From assembly GCF_006345805.1 (NCBI RefSeq), contig NC_043001.1, forward strand, positions 40,362,001-40,426,000: 64,000 nucleotides of DNA. The letters are read 5' to 3'. The notes under the pieces are model-generated. The model worked only from the letters and a program-made list of their open reading frames with translations, made no database searches and had not been told where the DNA came from. Shown piece after piece: positions 36,953-50,657 of this stretch (position 1 is its first letter; every line of letters starts with the position of its first letter). This stretch comes from Octopus sinensis. Taxonomy: Eukaryota. The translations under genes were made by a program, and so were the position numbers.

Positions 36953-37743
36953 CAGGGTATTCAGGCTAAATTTGACAGTTTGCATAAAAGGAAAAAGAAA
37001 ACACAGTATTTTTATCCAAAAATAAAGTATTTTTTAAAAAATCAAAGATCATCAACTAGATTGTGGCTGGGAGATAACAGTTAACTCAATATAGCTGCCT
37101 TCAGCTTCTACCACAGCATCAAGATGGCTCTGGAACCTGATGCATTCCTCATTGTGTCCCTCTTCAAACAGCTACTTGATCTTGGTTACCAGCTCAGTCT
37201 TGGTATTGCAGACAGAACAGTTGGTCTCTTTACCAACTGTGCCCCACACATAGTAATCCATGGGATTACAATTAGGGAGGTAGGAATTTTGGCTGGTGAG
37301 GGCATTGAAATTCTCTAACTCTTTCCAGATACTGCTGCAACCTTCTTCAGCCAGGAATTTCAAGCATCCTTCAATAGCTTCACACAGCCATCTGAATTTT
37401 GCCTAAAACCCTATTCAAAGATGTTGAAATGAATTCTGGCATGCAGGCACAATCAGAATGCCAGCTATGTCCCTTCATGCTAACCATAGCTTCACAGTCT
37501 TTGTTGCAACTGTACAGTGTTAGCAGAGCATTGAGCAGCAGTCATAATCTCAGCATTTTGATATTTGGCACAAATCATGATAGAAATAAATCTTTTCCAA
37601 TATTGAGATGGCTTCCTCTCATCCATGTCAGCTAACTTTTTCTCAACTACAACTTTAATCTTTATGCTCTCCAATACTGTTGACCGTTCACCAATACATC
37701 AACCTGTTCCTGAAACAACATCAAATTTAGCCTAAACATCCTG
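36953..37743 (-). mobile_element. Internally deleted Tc1/mariner-superfamily (maT-like) element
   Basis: TIRs CAGGGTATTCAGGCTAAATTTGA / TCAAATTTAGCCTAAACATCCTG with TA flanks; remnant PNCNPMDYYVWG (SPDLNPLDYYVW-type). Confidence 0.85.
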
Positions 37744-38346
37744 TATTTAAAGATTAATAACATTAGTTGGAGTGGTAATGGTGGTGGTGATAGTAGAAGC
37801 AGCAGTAGCTGCTGCAATTTTATGGAGCAAATCAGCAACTTCATTTTATTTCATACTCTTGTTTAGGAAATGTCTTGGTTTACATTTCTAAGTAATGTTC
37901 TGCAGAACATTTGTATCTTGTTTTGCAAAAAAAATTTTTAATGAGTCATTTAAGGTAAAGTTTGGGTGTATATGATTTTATGAAAAAACATTATTTCCAA
38001 TATTACTTTATACATTATCTCTGACTTCCAAAAATATTGATTTCTTACATTGGTTCATCCAGGTAATCAATTGAAATAAACCACATTCATAATGCTTATT
38101 TTATCAACACCAGAGAGGGGTGGAAGATATGATCCTAGCAGGATTTAGATTCAAACACATTTGGAGTTCTGTAGTTTCCATATCTACAGCACCATTCTAA
38201 AACAAATGTTTCACAAATGAATGCAATGATTTTCATTGATTAAAATTTCCAAATTATCCTTTTATAAAAGGAGTTTAATGATCTTGAAAATATTTCTGAC
38301 TTTCAATTTTGTTTTCATTCTCTTGTTGTTTTTTTCTTTCTTACAG

Positions 38347-38475
38347 TGTCCTAGCAAAGATATTGTGATAAAAATTTGTAATGATATCATGAAATTCTCT
38401 GGACTAGGATCACCTGAACCCCAGTTAAAACTCATAGAATGTTCACTTAAAATAGATAAAAAACAGAGTGAAAAC
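38347..38475 (+). CDS. COMMD9: COMMD9 exon 2
   Basis: ttctttcttacag|CPSKDIVIKICNDIMKFSGLGSPEPQLKLIECSLKIDKKQSEN|gtaagt; 129 nt. Confidence 0.9.
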
Positions 38476-38784
38476 GTAAGTACATACTTCATTTCACTCT
38501 ACAGCACTAGAAAAGTCGTTTTTTTTTTTTGTTTGTTTGCTTTTTTTCTTCACATTTTGACCATTTTTTTCAACAATACTGAAATTGTAAAATATTAACC
38601 ATATCAAACTAACCTATCTGTCTAATGCTAATAATAATTTTTTTCTTAACTTTTTCATAACCATGTTTCTAATAAAATACACTACCTGTGAATTTGACTT
38701 CTGAAAATAATGATGTATTTGAAAATATTTAGTAAAACAACGTTTGGAACATAGTTGAACAAAAATATTGGTTTCAAATTTTTG

Positions 38785-38980
38785 GCACAAGATCAGCAAT
38801 TTTGGAGAGTGGGTAAGTTGATTACATTGCCCCTAGTGTTCAACTGGTACTTATTTTATTGACCCCAAATGAACGAAAGGCAACATCAACCCCAGTGCTA
38901 TTTGAACTCAGAATGTGAAGTCAAAAGACATGTTGCTAAGCACTTTTTCCAGCACAGTAACAAATCTGTTAGTTCGCCAC
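38785..38980 (-). mobile_element. Nin-domain-type tRNA-derived SINE
   Basis: Reverse of GCCTTTCRT...GGGGTCAATAAAATAAGTACCAG; same family as 62630-63070. Confidence 0.7.
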
Positions 38981-39619
38981 TTTATAATTGAGCAAAGTAT
39001 TATAAAATTATGATGGAAGCTTTTAAGTGTGACAGCTTTAAAACAGGCAGTTTTCTATCACAAAACAAGACATTTTCAAGCAGATTGGTGTCAATAGGGT
39101 ATTTTTTGTTCATTTAGTTTGATCAAACAGTTAAAAACAATGTCTCTCTTAATCTTTCTCCCCATTTTCCATTCTGTGTATGATGTAAATAAATATGTGT
39201 GTATACCTGTGAAAACCTGACTAAATTATCATAATTCAAAACATGCATAAATATAGTCTTTTTCTATTATAAAGATAGTCTTTTTCATTTGCTGACATTC
39301 TAAGCTTTTGTTTGTTTTATGTACCATTGAAACCATTACTTCAGTGCATTTTTATAATTTTTTTGCAAATGTTGCATGTTTTATCTATTGAAATAAGACA
39401 TTAAATTATATAGAAAATTATGCTTGAAGACATTATACAAATTCATACTGCTAAATCATACTCAGATCTCAAAGCATTGAACTTTTTTTTGTATACTTTG
39501 AATTGTACAATAAAAAGAGGCATCAAACTATAAATTATAAAAAAAAAGTGAGGTACTTCTGGGGTCTTTTTTTTTTTAACCCTTTATTTAGCATTCAAAT
39601 TACTATCTCAAAATTTAAT

Positions 39620-40250
39620 GCTTCGGAGTTCCCATTGACAACCACTTTTAAACTTCTCTGTGAGCCTTGATGGACTCCTACCCACGTGCTGAATTCGTCA
39701 TTAAAATCATTCTTACTCTCACTTATTGCATCTTTGAACATAGCTTGTACAACCCTTACAAACCATTAATCTATTTATAGTTTTCTTAATGACCTCCAAA
39801 TCACTGAAGGTGTACCCTGTCAAACGCCTTCTCCAAGTCAATGAATGCCAGAAATAATGGTTTGCCAAAAATGCCTTCCTTATTCTGAATACATTTCTCA
39901 CCAATGACCGTATATCACTCTCACAAACTGTATTACAATCCTGAACACTTCAGCTTCATGCGACAGCTTCCTTTTCTACTTCCTTCTTAGTAAAAGTATA
40001 CCTGTCGCCTGGCTACTATTCTAATTTGTAATGCTCCCTACTGCAACCTTCCTTTCAAGTTTTCCGAGTGTGTCATTTAGCTTCCGCTGCACTATCAACT
40101 GTATCATTCCACCATAACGTTACTTTCAGCATGGCTTGACTTTGCCTCAGCTAAATGTCTGATCTGTATATTTAAGTAGGTTATTTCGTAGAAATTCCCT
40201 TTTATTATCTATACTACACTATCTGATAATTCTCCATACAATCATATGCA
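39620..40250 (-). mobile_element. Decayed RTE LINE fragment
   Basis: Minus strand GGAGTCCATCAAGGCTCA = GVHQGS RT motif; surrounding sequence degenerate. Confidence 0.5.
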
Positions 40251-42089
40251 TCCATCTCTATATGTTATTACTTAATTATGAATACTAAGTGGGTGAGAGG
40301 AAATATCTTTTAAACTGTCAGAACTATTCTGCTAGAAAATATGTACTTACCAACTAAGTCTCAAAAGGCGTATCACAGCGCACTGGTGCGTTGTTGGAGT
40401 ATCTAGATGCTTCGGGGATTTTTGTAAAATATTATTTAAGGCTTTAAGACTTGAGCGTCTAGAAAAGCGTGTTTATTATTTTCTTACACAAAAGTATAGT
40501 TAATATAACGAGGTAATAGTTTTCTGTAGTTCTAAATTTTTGATTTTCCATATGAAGTCAGTAATTTCATTTGATCACTAGTGTGACACAAAGTCAAAAT
40601 GTTTCAGAACCACTGCATTAGATACGTATATTATTTATATTGTTTAAGTTAAAGGATATCAAAGTTAATCAAAGAAAATCAAATAGTTTTGATCTCTCTT
40701 AGATCTTTATTGATTTTTATTTTCATAGGCACAATACTCTGTGGTTAAATATATCTTGCATAATAAAACATTATACTGAAGTTACTCTAATTACCAAGTC
40801 AATATGCTGTCGTTTTTAACTCAGATAATAAGTAGCTAAACAAGAACAAGTTGTTTTAGTGCAATTTTCGGTGGGCTTTTGGAATAGCTATCACTACCTT
40901 ACAGAAAAGGCAAAGGTTACGAATTGGGTTTTCAGAATCACTATTTCTATTGTATAAAATACAGGAATGTATATATTAAAATTAAAAATTTAAAAAAAAA
41001 CACCAATTCCTCGTCATTTTCCGTCACCATCTGATTTCCTACTGAATTATTATCCTCTACTCTTCTATTATGAACCTTTTCTGAAAATAAAGAGTTTAAT
41101 CCATCAGAGTACGCACTCAGATCCACTCTTTTCACATATTGTTTTACTACAGCAATTATGCTCAATTCCATAATTAAAAAAATATTTATTTTTTACAAAT
41201 AGTGGTCTCTAAATTACATCCATTATCATTAAATTATGCTGTAAAATATAGTAAATTCACGGCGTCATCAACCTTATCTCGATTTCTAGCTGCGGCGATT
41301 TCACCTCACACACACCGTACATGTATTAAGAAAGACAATGAATTCTGTTCTCCTTTCTCTGGAGACACTATGACTTTGCCCATTTTTAATCAGAGTAATA
41401 AATGGATTAGGTTTTTTTTAGCTCCATTTGTTCCACATTTTATTATACAGACACTTACTCATATATACATACTTTTCTGTGATAATGTATTTAAACTGTA
41501 TGCTTAGGACATGGCCAATATTGACTTCTTTTGACTAAGCTCAAAGTTTCTGATTAATGTCGGGAAAATTGAATATAATGTTCATTTCTTTTCTGTAACA
41601 CAATAATCTAAACGAAGCATAATAGCTTCAACCGGAAATTGGAATCGTGTCATGGACTCGGCTCGTCAAGATCTTATCTTCAGTATTTGTCTTTTGAACA
41701 TTAGTTTTGAGCGTATTCCTTGATTGTTTAATACTTGACCCATTAAAGCATAAAGTTTATTTAATCTAATAATTTTCTGATTGTTCTGTTTTTTGTTTAA
41801 GCATTAATGGATTGAATATTATTCACTTTTGATATCTTTTATGTAATAAATTCACCATAACTCTGAATAAAAGCCCTTATTGCGAATGGTCTGTAGTTTT
41901 ATATTAAGTTCTACTTGCTACCCCTTCACGTCTCGTTATATCTTTCTTATCCTTTCAATCTCATATTGTTCACATACGTATTTGTACAGTTACTTATGCT
42001 ATTAACCTTTTGCAATGTTATATCCTGGTTTATATATCTCTGATTTACTCACTTATGAAGTATCACTCACTATGGTGTGCGTGACTTAT

Positions 42090-42180
<91 letters not shown>

Positions 42181-42313
42181 GTGTGTATATATATATATGT
42201 GTGTGTATATATATATATACATATATATGTGTATATATATATATATATATACATATATATGTGTATATATATATATGTGTGTATATATATATATACATAT
42301 ATATATATGTGTG

Positions 42314-42360
<47 letters not shown>

Positions 42361-42385
42361 ATGCACGCACACACACATACACATA
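42090..42385. repeat. Compound (TA)n/(TG)n microsatellite
   Basis: Seen directly. Confidence 0.95.
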
Positions 42386-42616
42386 GACACGTTCGAAGCT
42401 ATTCCTCACATTCTTTGCTATGTGTGATCTTTCGGGCTACAAGAGATCACGCATCGTAAGAAACTCCGATCAGCGACAGAAGAAACGAATAACTTTGAAC
42501 GAATAAGCTGCTCATGTGTGTTTAGAATTTTATTTTTTTCCTAGTTTGTACCTCAAGTGTGTGTGTCCCCGTCCGAAAAGAGGCACACTCTAAAAATTAG
42601 AGTAGTGATATTTAGA

Positions 42617-42781
42617 AGGTCGTTTGTTATGGCGGGTCAGAGTGACCATTGGTTTCGCACCTATAAAGCGCTTAGTTGTATAGGTGATTGGGCAAACTCA
42701 AATGGCTGGAAGCACATCATGGACAGTTAATTTTGTAAACAAAAAAGGGTCACTCTATGACCGGCCGTAACAAACAACGTT
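42617..42781. mobile_element. Small MITE-like element with ~30-bp imperfect TIRs
   Basis: GTCGTTTGTTATGGCGGGTCAGAGTGACC at left versus GGTCACTCTATGACCGGCCGTAACAAACAAC at right. Confidence 0.65.
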
Positions 42782-45700
42782 ATAGAGAACATTTAGCCTA
42801 AGGAAAAGTGAAGCCGTCTTCGAGCTTAATAACTACTTGGTCAGATCGTTCAAGTTCAGTTGTCTTCGTAATTGACTTTATAAGACTAAGATAGAACATT
42901 AAATAAAAAGATAGATTTCTAAACGTTCAACAGTTTACGCCCACACTTTTTTTCTGTTTCTGTCCCTCTCTCTTTATTTGTATACGTGCCTGTCTCAAAG
43001 TGTGCCTGTTTGAACGAAACGCTTTGGCTACTCTTTTTAGTTTACTTGGACACAAAGAAGCGCAAAAAGAAAAAAAGATAAGGGAGAGAAAGCGAAGGAG
43101 CAAGACTGATCAGCATGTGTGTATATTTGCGAAACTGACGGTGGCCACCTTCTATTTGTGTGTGTAAGTTAATTTGCCAAGATCTATTTGATCCCTTCTG
43201 TATGATATATATCTATATATAGTTACTTGGAGCAAATTCGTTCGACTAAAATTCTTCAATGAGGTGTCCCAGTATGGCCGCAGCCTAGTGACTGAAACAA
43301 GTTCTATTAAGATTACGAAAATGGATGAAAAGAAGGGAGGACTGGATGGGAAAGAAACGAAGGGAAAGGAATAAAGAGAGTGAGTAAAACGTAGATGTTA
43401 GGAGGCAAACGTTGCAGGAGAGGGGGAGGAAAAGAATTAGTGAAGTGGTTTAAGCAAGCGCAGCAAAGGAGGGGGAAGAAGAGAGGGAGAAAGGAAGATA
43501 CTGTATTAGAGAGGTTGGCGAGAAATAACGAAACTAAGCGAGAGGTTTGAAAAAGGAGAAACACGAATAAATTAAACAGGAGGGGGAAAGACAGGTCAGT
43601 TCAAGTTCGAGGGAGAGAAACAAGGAAATGAAAATAAAAAAGAGTGGGAATGAATGAAAGGGAGTGGGGCAATAAGACTTTAATATATATTCATACACAC
43701 ACATAAAGCGTATGTTATATATATATAAAACATACGCTTATATATATATATATGTATATAATCGGCAGAAGTTACGAAGTAAACTCAGTGGTCGAACATA
43801 CATATATATATATATATATATGAGAGAGGGATGGGGGGGATAAATTGGCTGAATGAGAGAAGTATAAAACAAGACAAAATAAATAAATAAAAATGCATAG
43901 CTGGGCAGCAGATAGAAACAAAGGAAACGTGAAAGAAAAAGATATGAGGCGAACACACATATTTGTATAAACAAAGAATTGAAACCTTTGGTGTTTACTC
44001 AGTACACTGAACTGGCTTGCCGTCACTATTATTAAACCTATTATCGTTTCTAGTGTATTCGAGATCCTTTTTGTGTGCGCGCGCGCGCCTTACATTACCA
44101 CTCACTTGTGTGTGTGTGGTGTGTGTGTGTATATATATTATATACGCACACACATACAAACCAGTAAGTGGTGATATATAAAATTTAGTATATCATACAC
44201 GCATTAATAGAGAACTACCTACGGGCACTTTGCGCTATAGTAATGGTGTATTTCCTGATATATTTGCTGTCCTTTCATTGTTTCTAGACCCTTATCTTGC
44301 CCTCCTGCTTTCACTAGTTTTTTTTTTTTTTTTTTTTTTCTCTATTTCTTCTTGAAGTTCTGTCCGATTACTTTTGGAGATTTACCTAATAAGAACCGCC
44401 CGTTTATATTATTGTTTTTATTGCCTCAAACATTTTGTAAACCCCTAGTGCTTTTTTTTTTATTAATGGAACTTGTCTGTAATTGCTCCTGGTTGTTAAA
44501 TAAAAGAAAGAGTTAATTATTTAAATTATCTCCTATTTTGTAAGTCTGAATGGAATGTAGTAACCATTAATGTCTAAATAAAGGACAGAATTATTTAAAT
44601 TAATGTTTCTTTTGTGTTCAGTCAAACGTGAGAAATATATTTTGACCAGTCTTGTGTCGAATATCACGGATATTTATCGTATATTCTTATTTCAAGGATT
44701 CACATGAAAGCATACTAACAAATTATTAATTTGTTATATATTTCATAAATGTCCAATTAATTTCTGCAAACATTTGGTGAGCGCGCACGATCCCTTTGAC
44801 ACCTGCTCGGGCGCGAACATGTGTCGAGTACCGCTAAATAGTGTGCGTATACGCGAAACTCTCGGCCCTTGAATAATTTTTCTAACTTCGTGCAAATTAA
44901 AATTTATGTATAATACACACACTCGTTTCAATTCTATTTTTCTCTCAATCACACAAGCACACTCAAACAGTATATGTAGACGCATTGAAGTTTATTTAAA
45001 TACAAAGCATATATGAGACTAAAAATTTGTATACATACAAGTGTATGAATGAAACTTTAAACATATGTATACATACAAAAACGTGTATTAAACTATAAAC
45101 ATTTATATACTAAAGATATTTATGAAAGTATAAAAGCTAGTGCTAAACATTTATTTGATTTTCTTTCTTAGTTTTCGATTTATTCTTGAATTAAAAGAAG
45201 TTTTTTCTTCAAGTTGTTTCATAGTAGCCGTACTCGCCCACAAAAGGTAATCTGAGACTACGATTTCGATTCTCAGAAGAAACCATTTCACACTACTCTT
45301 GACTATTAACGTCCTGGAGAAAATATTTATTTTGCTCGATCTAGTTTTCTTCCACTAGGTTTTGAGCTTTGTGCCAAGTAGAAAAAAAAAATCGATAGAG
45401 TCAATCCCTGCGTTACGGAAGTATTGTGTTCCTGAAAATCATGCTGTTGATATGAAGCTTATTTCCCATTGATTTCATGTATATGAAAGTCAATCGTAAA
45501 TTAGTCTCGTGTTATGGAATTTCACGTTGCCACAATATTTACAGAAACTCAATGTTTCCGTTAAGCGGGGATTTTAGCACGCGATAGGGTCCCAGTAAAT
45601 TTCGACTAAACGATTTTTAAATTTCCATAGTCAAATCATTTCAGTCGCTCCTCTGCCGTTGAGACAGGCATTGGACATCGCCGTTTACCCTCCCTTTTGC

Positions 45701-46570
45701 TTCGACTAAAAAAGTGAATCACATTAATGTAAAGTGGTTGTAGGATTCTTGTTTTATTTGGCTTTGTGCTTAGTCAGTGCACAAAAATTCAAAACGATAA
45801 AAGAAAAGAATTAATTTTTTTAGTCATAGGTCAGTATATGAATATGATGATTAAAGAGCTTTGGAGCCGTGATCATACCTTCGTTTTTCTTTTTTTTAAG
45901 GTATAGTGTATCTTGGACCATATTATTCCTGAATACACACTTGTCTTTATTTTAAAGACAATTGGATGTGATTTCGGAGAGATTTTGGCTGTTATTTCTA
46001 GCAGATCCCTCTTCAACTCCAAAGCCTTTAATGTTATATTATTTGTCTTCACTTAATTGTTACTGTTGAAAATGAATTGTTTATTAATTAGAATTAAACT
46101 GAATTTAGCGTCTTTTCTCAATATAGTATTTTGGCGCCTAAATGGCTATATCCGGCTCAAGCTGTTGATTTTTATTTGTGTATTGAAAATGTAGTCATTA
46201 TCGCTTTTGCTGTCTTAGTCTTAACAACGAGTTATTAGTGTTATGAGAATGAAAATTTGTGTTCTACTTGAAGCACGCTTTATATATCATGATGTGTTGT
46301 TGATGGTATTTGTCATATTTTATTGATTTCTGTCGTCTCGTTTAAAATCGATCATTTTTTTTTTCAAAATCCAATAGAAGACAAAAGGAAATCCTTAAAA
46401 TATAGTTTCATTTCTGGTCTTAAAAAAACGGACATCGCTTTACTTTTAAAATCAGAATATCTTTTATATAGAAGCCAGTCAAACTGACAATAGAATTTTT
46501 TTGGCGACAATGTACCTGAAACCAAAGATCGCCGATTTTTCAAAATTTGATTCAGAAATAGGGACAAGCG

Positions 46571-46604
<34 letters not shown>

Positions 46605-48174
46605 TGCAAACGAAATGTTTTTTTTTTAATTCTTGGAAATTAAACAGGAAACTGAAAATGAATAAATATAATGTTGTGGACGGTAAATGCACACACACAC
46701 ACGAATACGTCTCTCTGTGAGTGTATAACCATTGTCTCTACTTTTTTTAGCGATACTCTTCCTTCAGATATGATTCGTATATAAATAAAATATTTGTGAT
46801 CAAATTAATGATTTTACAATATTAAATTGATCAGACCAGAAACACCCTCTTCGGTATTGAATTAATATTAGCTAAGAAATTGAAATATAGTGAAATCAGT
46901 TAAGTAATATAGAATGACAAACGCAAAATCTTGGGCTACAGACTACAAATATTTTTTTCCCTGTCAATATATTATTCCTCATAGAGTAACAATACATTGT
47001 TTAAATTATATTTTTTAAAAAAAACATGAAATAAATCAAAAGATGTATGAAATTTCTGTTGAATATACTCGCCGTTTATTTTTACTTTGCAATTTTCACC
47101 GCGAAAATTTGCAATTTCTCATGACAGCTATTTACCAGAAAGAGCTCTTTCTGCATATCATGCAATTTAAGTGATGGACTTCACCTTATATATTGATTTT
47201 TGAATAATTTAGAAATATGATGTAAAGTTGCTGCGCGATCGCTACTTCAACCCTAGGCCTCGATCTAGCAATTTCTGTTTACTATAGAATGGATACTGTT
47301 GTTGCAGTAAATCTAACAGTTAATGCAAAAATATCTTGATTGTAGGGTTATTACTTTCGTTGTTTTTATTTAAAGTAATCTACAGTTAATAAACACTATT
47401 TCATTGATCTTATAAGGTTATCTGACAAGATTGATAGACGACAACAATGCTTCTGAAAAGCCGTTCAATTCATTCGTTACTCGGCTTCCTACTCAACCGT
47501 CGTCTGATGGATGAGAGATTTCTAACAATTATTATGCTTCATTCCGAGACTTTGCAGTAAAAAAATAAATAATCGGGTTCCTCAAAACATACATACACAC
47601 ACACATATCTATAATATATATAGCGGCGTACGTATACTTTGTTCTCTTATATGTAAATATATATATAAATTTTAGATATTCACATACACTGACATATATT
47701 AAGAATGAAAAGAATATAAAAATTATGAATGCAGTTCTATCTCTAAAAGCGTAAAAGGATGAAAGGATTTATTTATATATTTTTATGTGTGAAAAGAAAA
47801 GCAGTAGCAGAAGCTCAGTTAAGCGCTGTGAAGAAAAATCATCTTGCTTATACGTTCCGCCATCACGAAGTATAAAGCACAACTTTCTGTAGTTATATGT
47901 GCGAAGGGAGGCTATCCAAACAATTCCAATTTTGATACCCAAACAATGGTTTCCTTATTTTTTTACATTTTCCATTTAAAGCCAACGGACGTTCAAAATA
48001 CAAATTATATTCTCTCCTCAACTGTGACCTAAATAGAACACTAACATAAAGTATGTGTATTTGTACATTAAAACCTATGAGGACATAAAGAGAAGACACC
48101 ATGTAATGAGAAATGTGGAGGGGGGTGAGCACTCGTTTTTTTTTAAAAATCAAATTTAGGTTTAGTAACTTCTA

Positions 48175-48312
48175 GAGGAGTCGTGAGCAAACTGCGGCCC
48201 GCGGGGCTTTCTGAATAGCATGGGTAACGAAAAATTAGCTTGAATATTTTTTTCCAGTGCAGCCAACTTGATGATGCGGCTCGCTTCTGGAGAAAGGTTG
48301 CCTATACTTGCT
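48175..48312. mobile_element. hAT (Charlie-like) MITE remnant
   Basis: GCAAACTGCGGCCCGCGG at left and GCGGCTCGC...AAAGGTTGCCTATACTTG at right resemble hAT-Charlie termini. Confidence 0.6.
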
Positions 48313-48433
48313 GAAGTATTTCGTGATGAATGCAAGAATAGGTATATTTCTCACGAAATGTCTCTCATCGAAGTGAGAAGTACCAATCCAGTCATAATCT
48401 CTTTTATGACCAACTGCCTTCTTTTTATTTCAG

Positions 48434-48518
48434 CTTTACATAGCTCTAAACCTGTTGCTGAAGAAAGCAATTTTCGCTGACACTCAAAACCCCGAGGTGT
48501 TACGAAAGCTTTTTCCAG
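48434..48518 (+). CDS. COMMD9: COMMD9 exon 3
   Basis: ttttatttcag|LYIALNLLLKKAIFADTQNPEVLRKLFP+G|gtaagt; 85 nt. Confidence 0.9.
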
Positions 48519-49930
48519 GTAAGTTTAAGTAGAGAAACAATTTATATAAGTTTAATTTCATATATATATATATATATCCTTTTAGTATTAACTGCAAAAA
48601 AAAAATTGCTCAATATCATGTTAGAGGTTAATGATATTTTGATCGTGTTATCTTCTTGCTACTCTTGAGTAGATAAAATAAAGTACCATTCAAGTACTGG
48701 AATCGATTGTATTGACTAACGTCGTTCCCTCAAAACTGCTGCCCTTATACCAAAGTTTGAAAGAATTATTTAAGTATATGCTCTGCGGGATGACAACTAT
48801 TTTGCCCCATTATGTTTCCTTATATCCCGTTGTAATGATAGCTCTTGTTTAACCAGCCAAGTTGCTGCATAGCTTTAAGTCAAAGTTAGTGGAGCTGCTT
48901 TCATAAGCTTAAGAAATATTAAAAGAATTTCTGAAAAAAATTAAACACATTTCAATATCAAGATTGGATAATGAGGCATAACTTAAATAGAAATATTCAA
49001 GAGTTACACCCCTTGGGTAAGTCCCTTGCGAATACAAAGGGAAGTTGTTTTGCTACGTTATAACTGATGAAATGTGGAGCGTTGCTTCTTGTTATTTAAA
49101 GTATTAAATTTTTTTGATAATTTTCTAGGAACAGAACCAGAAATGTCATTGGCCTTGAACATCATTTAATTGGAGAAATTACAATTAGTTTTGTCACATA
49201 CTGAATCATTTTCTTGCTAGTTGCATTGCTCTTCAATCACAGAAAACTGATGATGCACGAACAGATATTATTAATAGACTAAGCTCAGTTAAACACTGAG
49301 ATCGATGTAATCGATTGGCCTTGTGCTTATTGCAGAAAGGATTAATAATAGATTAAATAGCATGAGTTTTATACTTTGAAATATACATTATGGTCATCAT
49401 CATTTAATGTCTGTTTTCCATGTTAGCGTGAGTTGGACGGTTTGATCAGAGCTGGTAAGGCCAGGGGCACACTAAGCTTCAATGTCCGTTCTGGTGTGGT
49501 TTCTACAGTTGGATGGATGCCCTTCCTAACACCACTCTGCAAAGTTTTTTTTTTTTTGCACAGCGCTTCTTAGGTTTTCTTTAATAGCTATCACTGTGAT
49601 GTATAACTCAAAACAATATTTTTCTTTTTTGCCTTTCTGTGCATAGAAAAACAGAGTGCCCTGACCTTGTTTTGATGCTCATTGATAGAACATTTGACAG
49701 ACTACACAACCACTTCTGTCCTGGAGTGTGATACAGTGTAGAGCCATTATATATAACCACTAAACTGTTTAGTTGATTTGCATAAATAATATATAGTCAC
49801 TTCTTTACCTATTGATACAGTCAATGTGGTCAATACTCTGAATTGTATATGCTGTTTTATAAGCAATACAAATTATTTTTTACTTATTACAGTGATAGAA
49901 AAAGGAGTTGAGCCTAACTTGGTGTATATA

Positions 49931-49961
<31 letters not shown>

Positions 49962-50438
49962 GTTCCACCCTTGCCAGCATTGGAGGTGGACATTAAACGA
50001 TGATGATATGTGTGTATACAGAGAGATTTATTAATTTATGTCCACTTTTCTATGCTTGCATGGGTCTGATGAGATTTGTTAAAGCAGATTTGCTCAGATG
50101 TCGTTCCTGCTGCCAAGTCTCACCGGTTTCCAAGCAAAGTAATGTTTTCCCATAGCTAGACACATTTTTCATGAAAGACTAGAAATAAACACCCTCTCTC
50201 GTATGATGATGATACACATTTCCAACCATCATGTGATGTTTAGACAAGGTGGCAAAATGTATATTTAGCAGAGACTTTGTCAGATAGTTTAGCCATATCA
50301 ATGAGTAGGCTTGTTTCATTTTTAAAATCTTTTAAACAATAATATCAGCATCTTGAAGCTATATGATTGATTGTCTCAACTTGTTCCTTACAGATTCTGC
50401 ATTTTGGATCAGAGCTATCATTCTTCGCCTCATATATA

Positions 50439-50657
50439 TAAGAGAGTGCTGAAAAATTCCTGGCTTTAAGGGTATCACGAAAGACCTGATTGGGAGCCCA
50501 ATCTTCCAAATTCTTTTACAAGGCTTACAAAAATTGAAAGACTGCTGCAATGCATATGTGAATCTGAGAGGGAAATGTGTTGAATAAAATCATAATTAAC
50601 TGATCCTCCTGTATTTTTCATAGCCCAAAGCCAGGAACTTTTCAACATCCCCTTGTA
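50439..50657 (+). mobile_element. Mariner-derived miniature element
   Basis: Inverted ends GTGCTGAAAAATTCCTGGCTTT / AAAGCCAGGAACTTTTCAACATC; retains transposase tail KLKDCCNAYVNLRGKCVE*. Confidence 0.75.

Noticed and set aside
40947-41720. Possible nested minus-strand coding fragments (MELSIIAVVKQYVKRVDL..., MTRFQFPVEAIML...)
   Set aside because: Short, interrupted by stops, no family I can recognise and no consistent exon chain; left unassigned.
49245-49300. C/D-box-like motifs (CTGATGA...CTGA) in COMMD9 intron 3
   Set aside because: Spacing is only ~50 nt, with no terminal stem or recognisable antisense element, and it overlaps degenerate SINE sequence.
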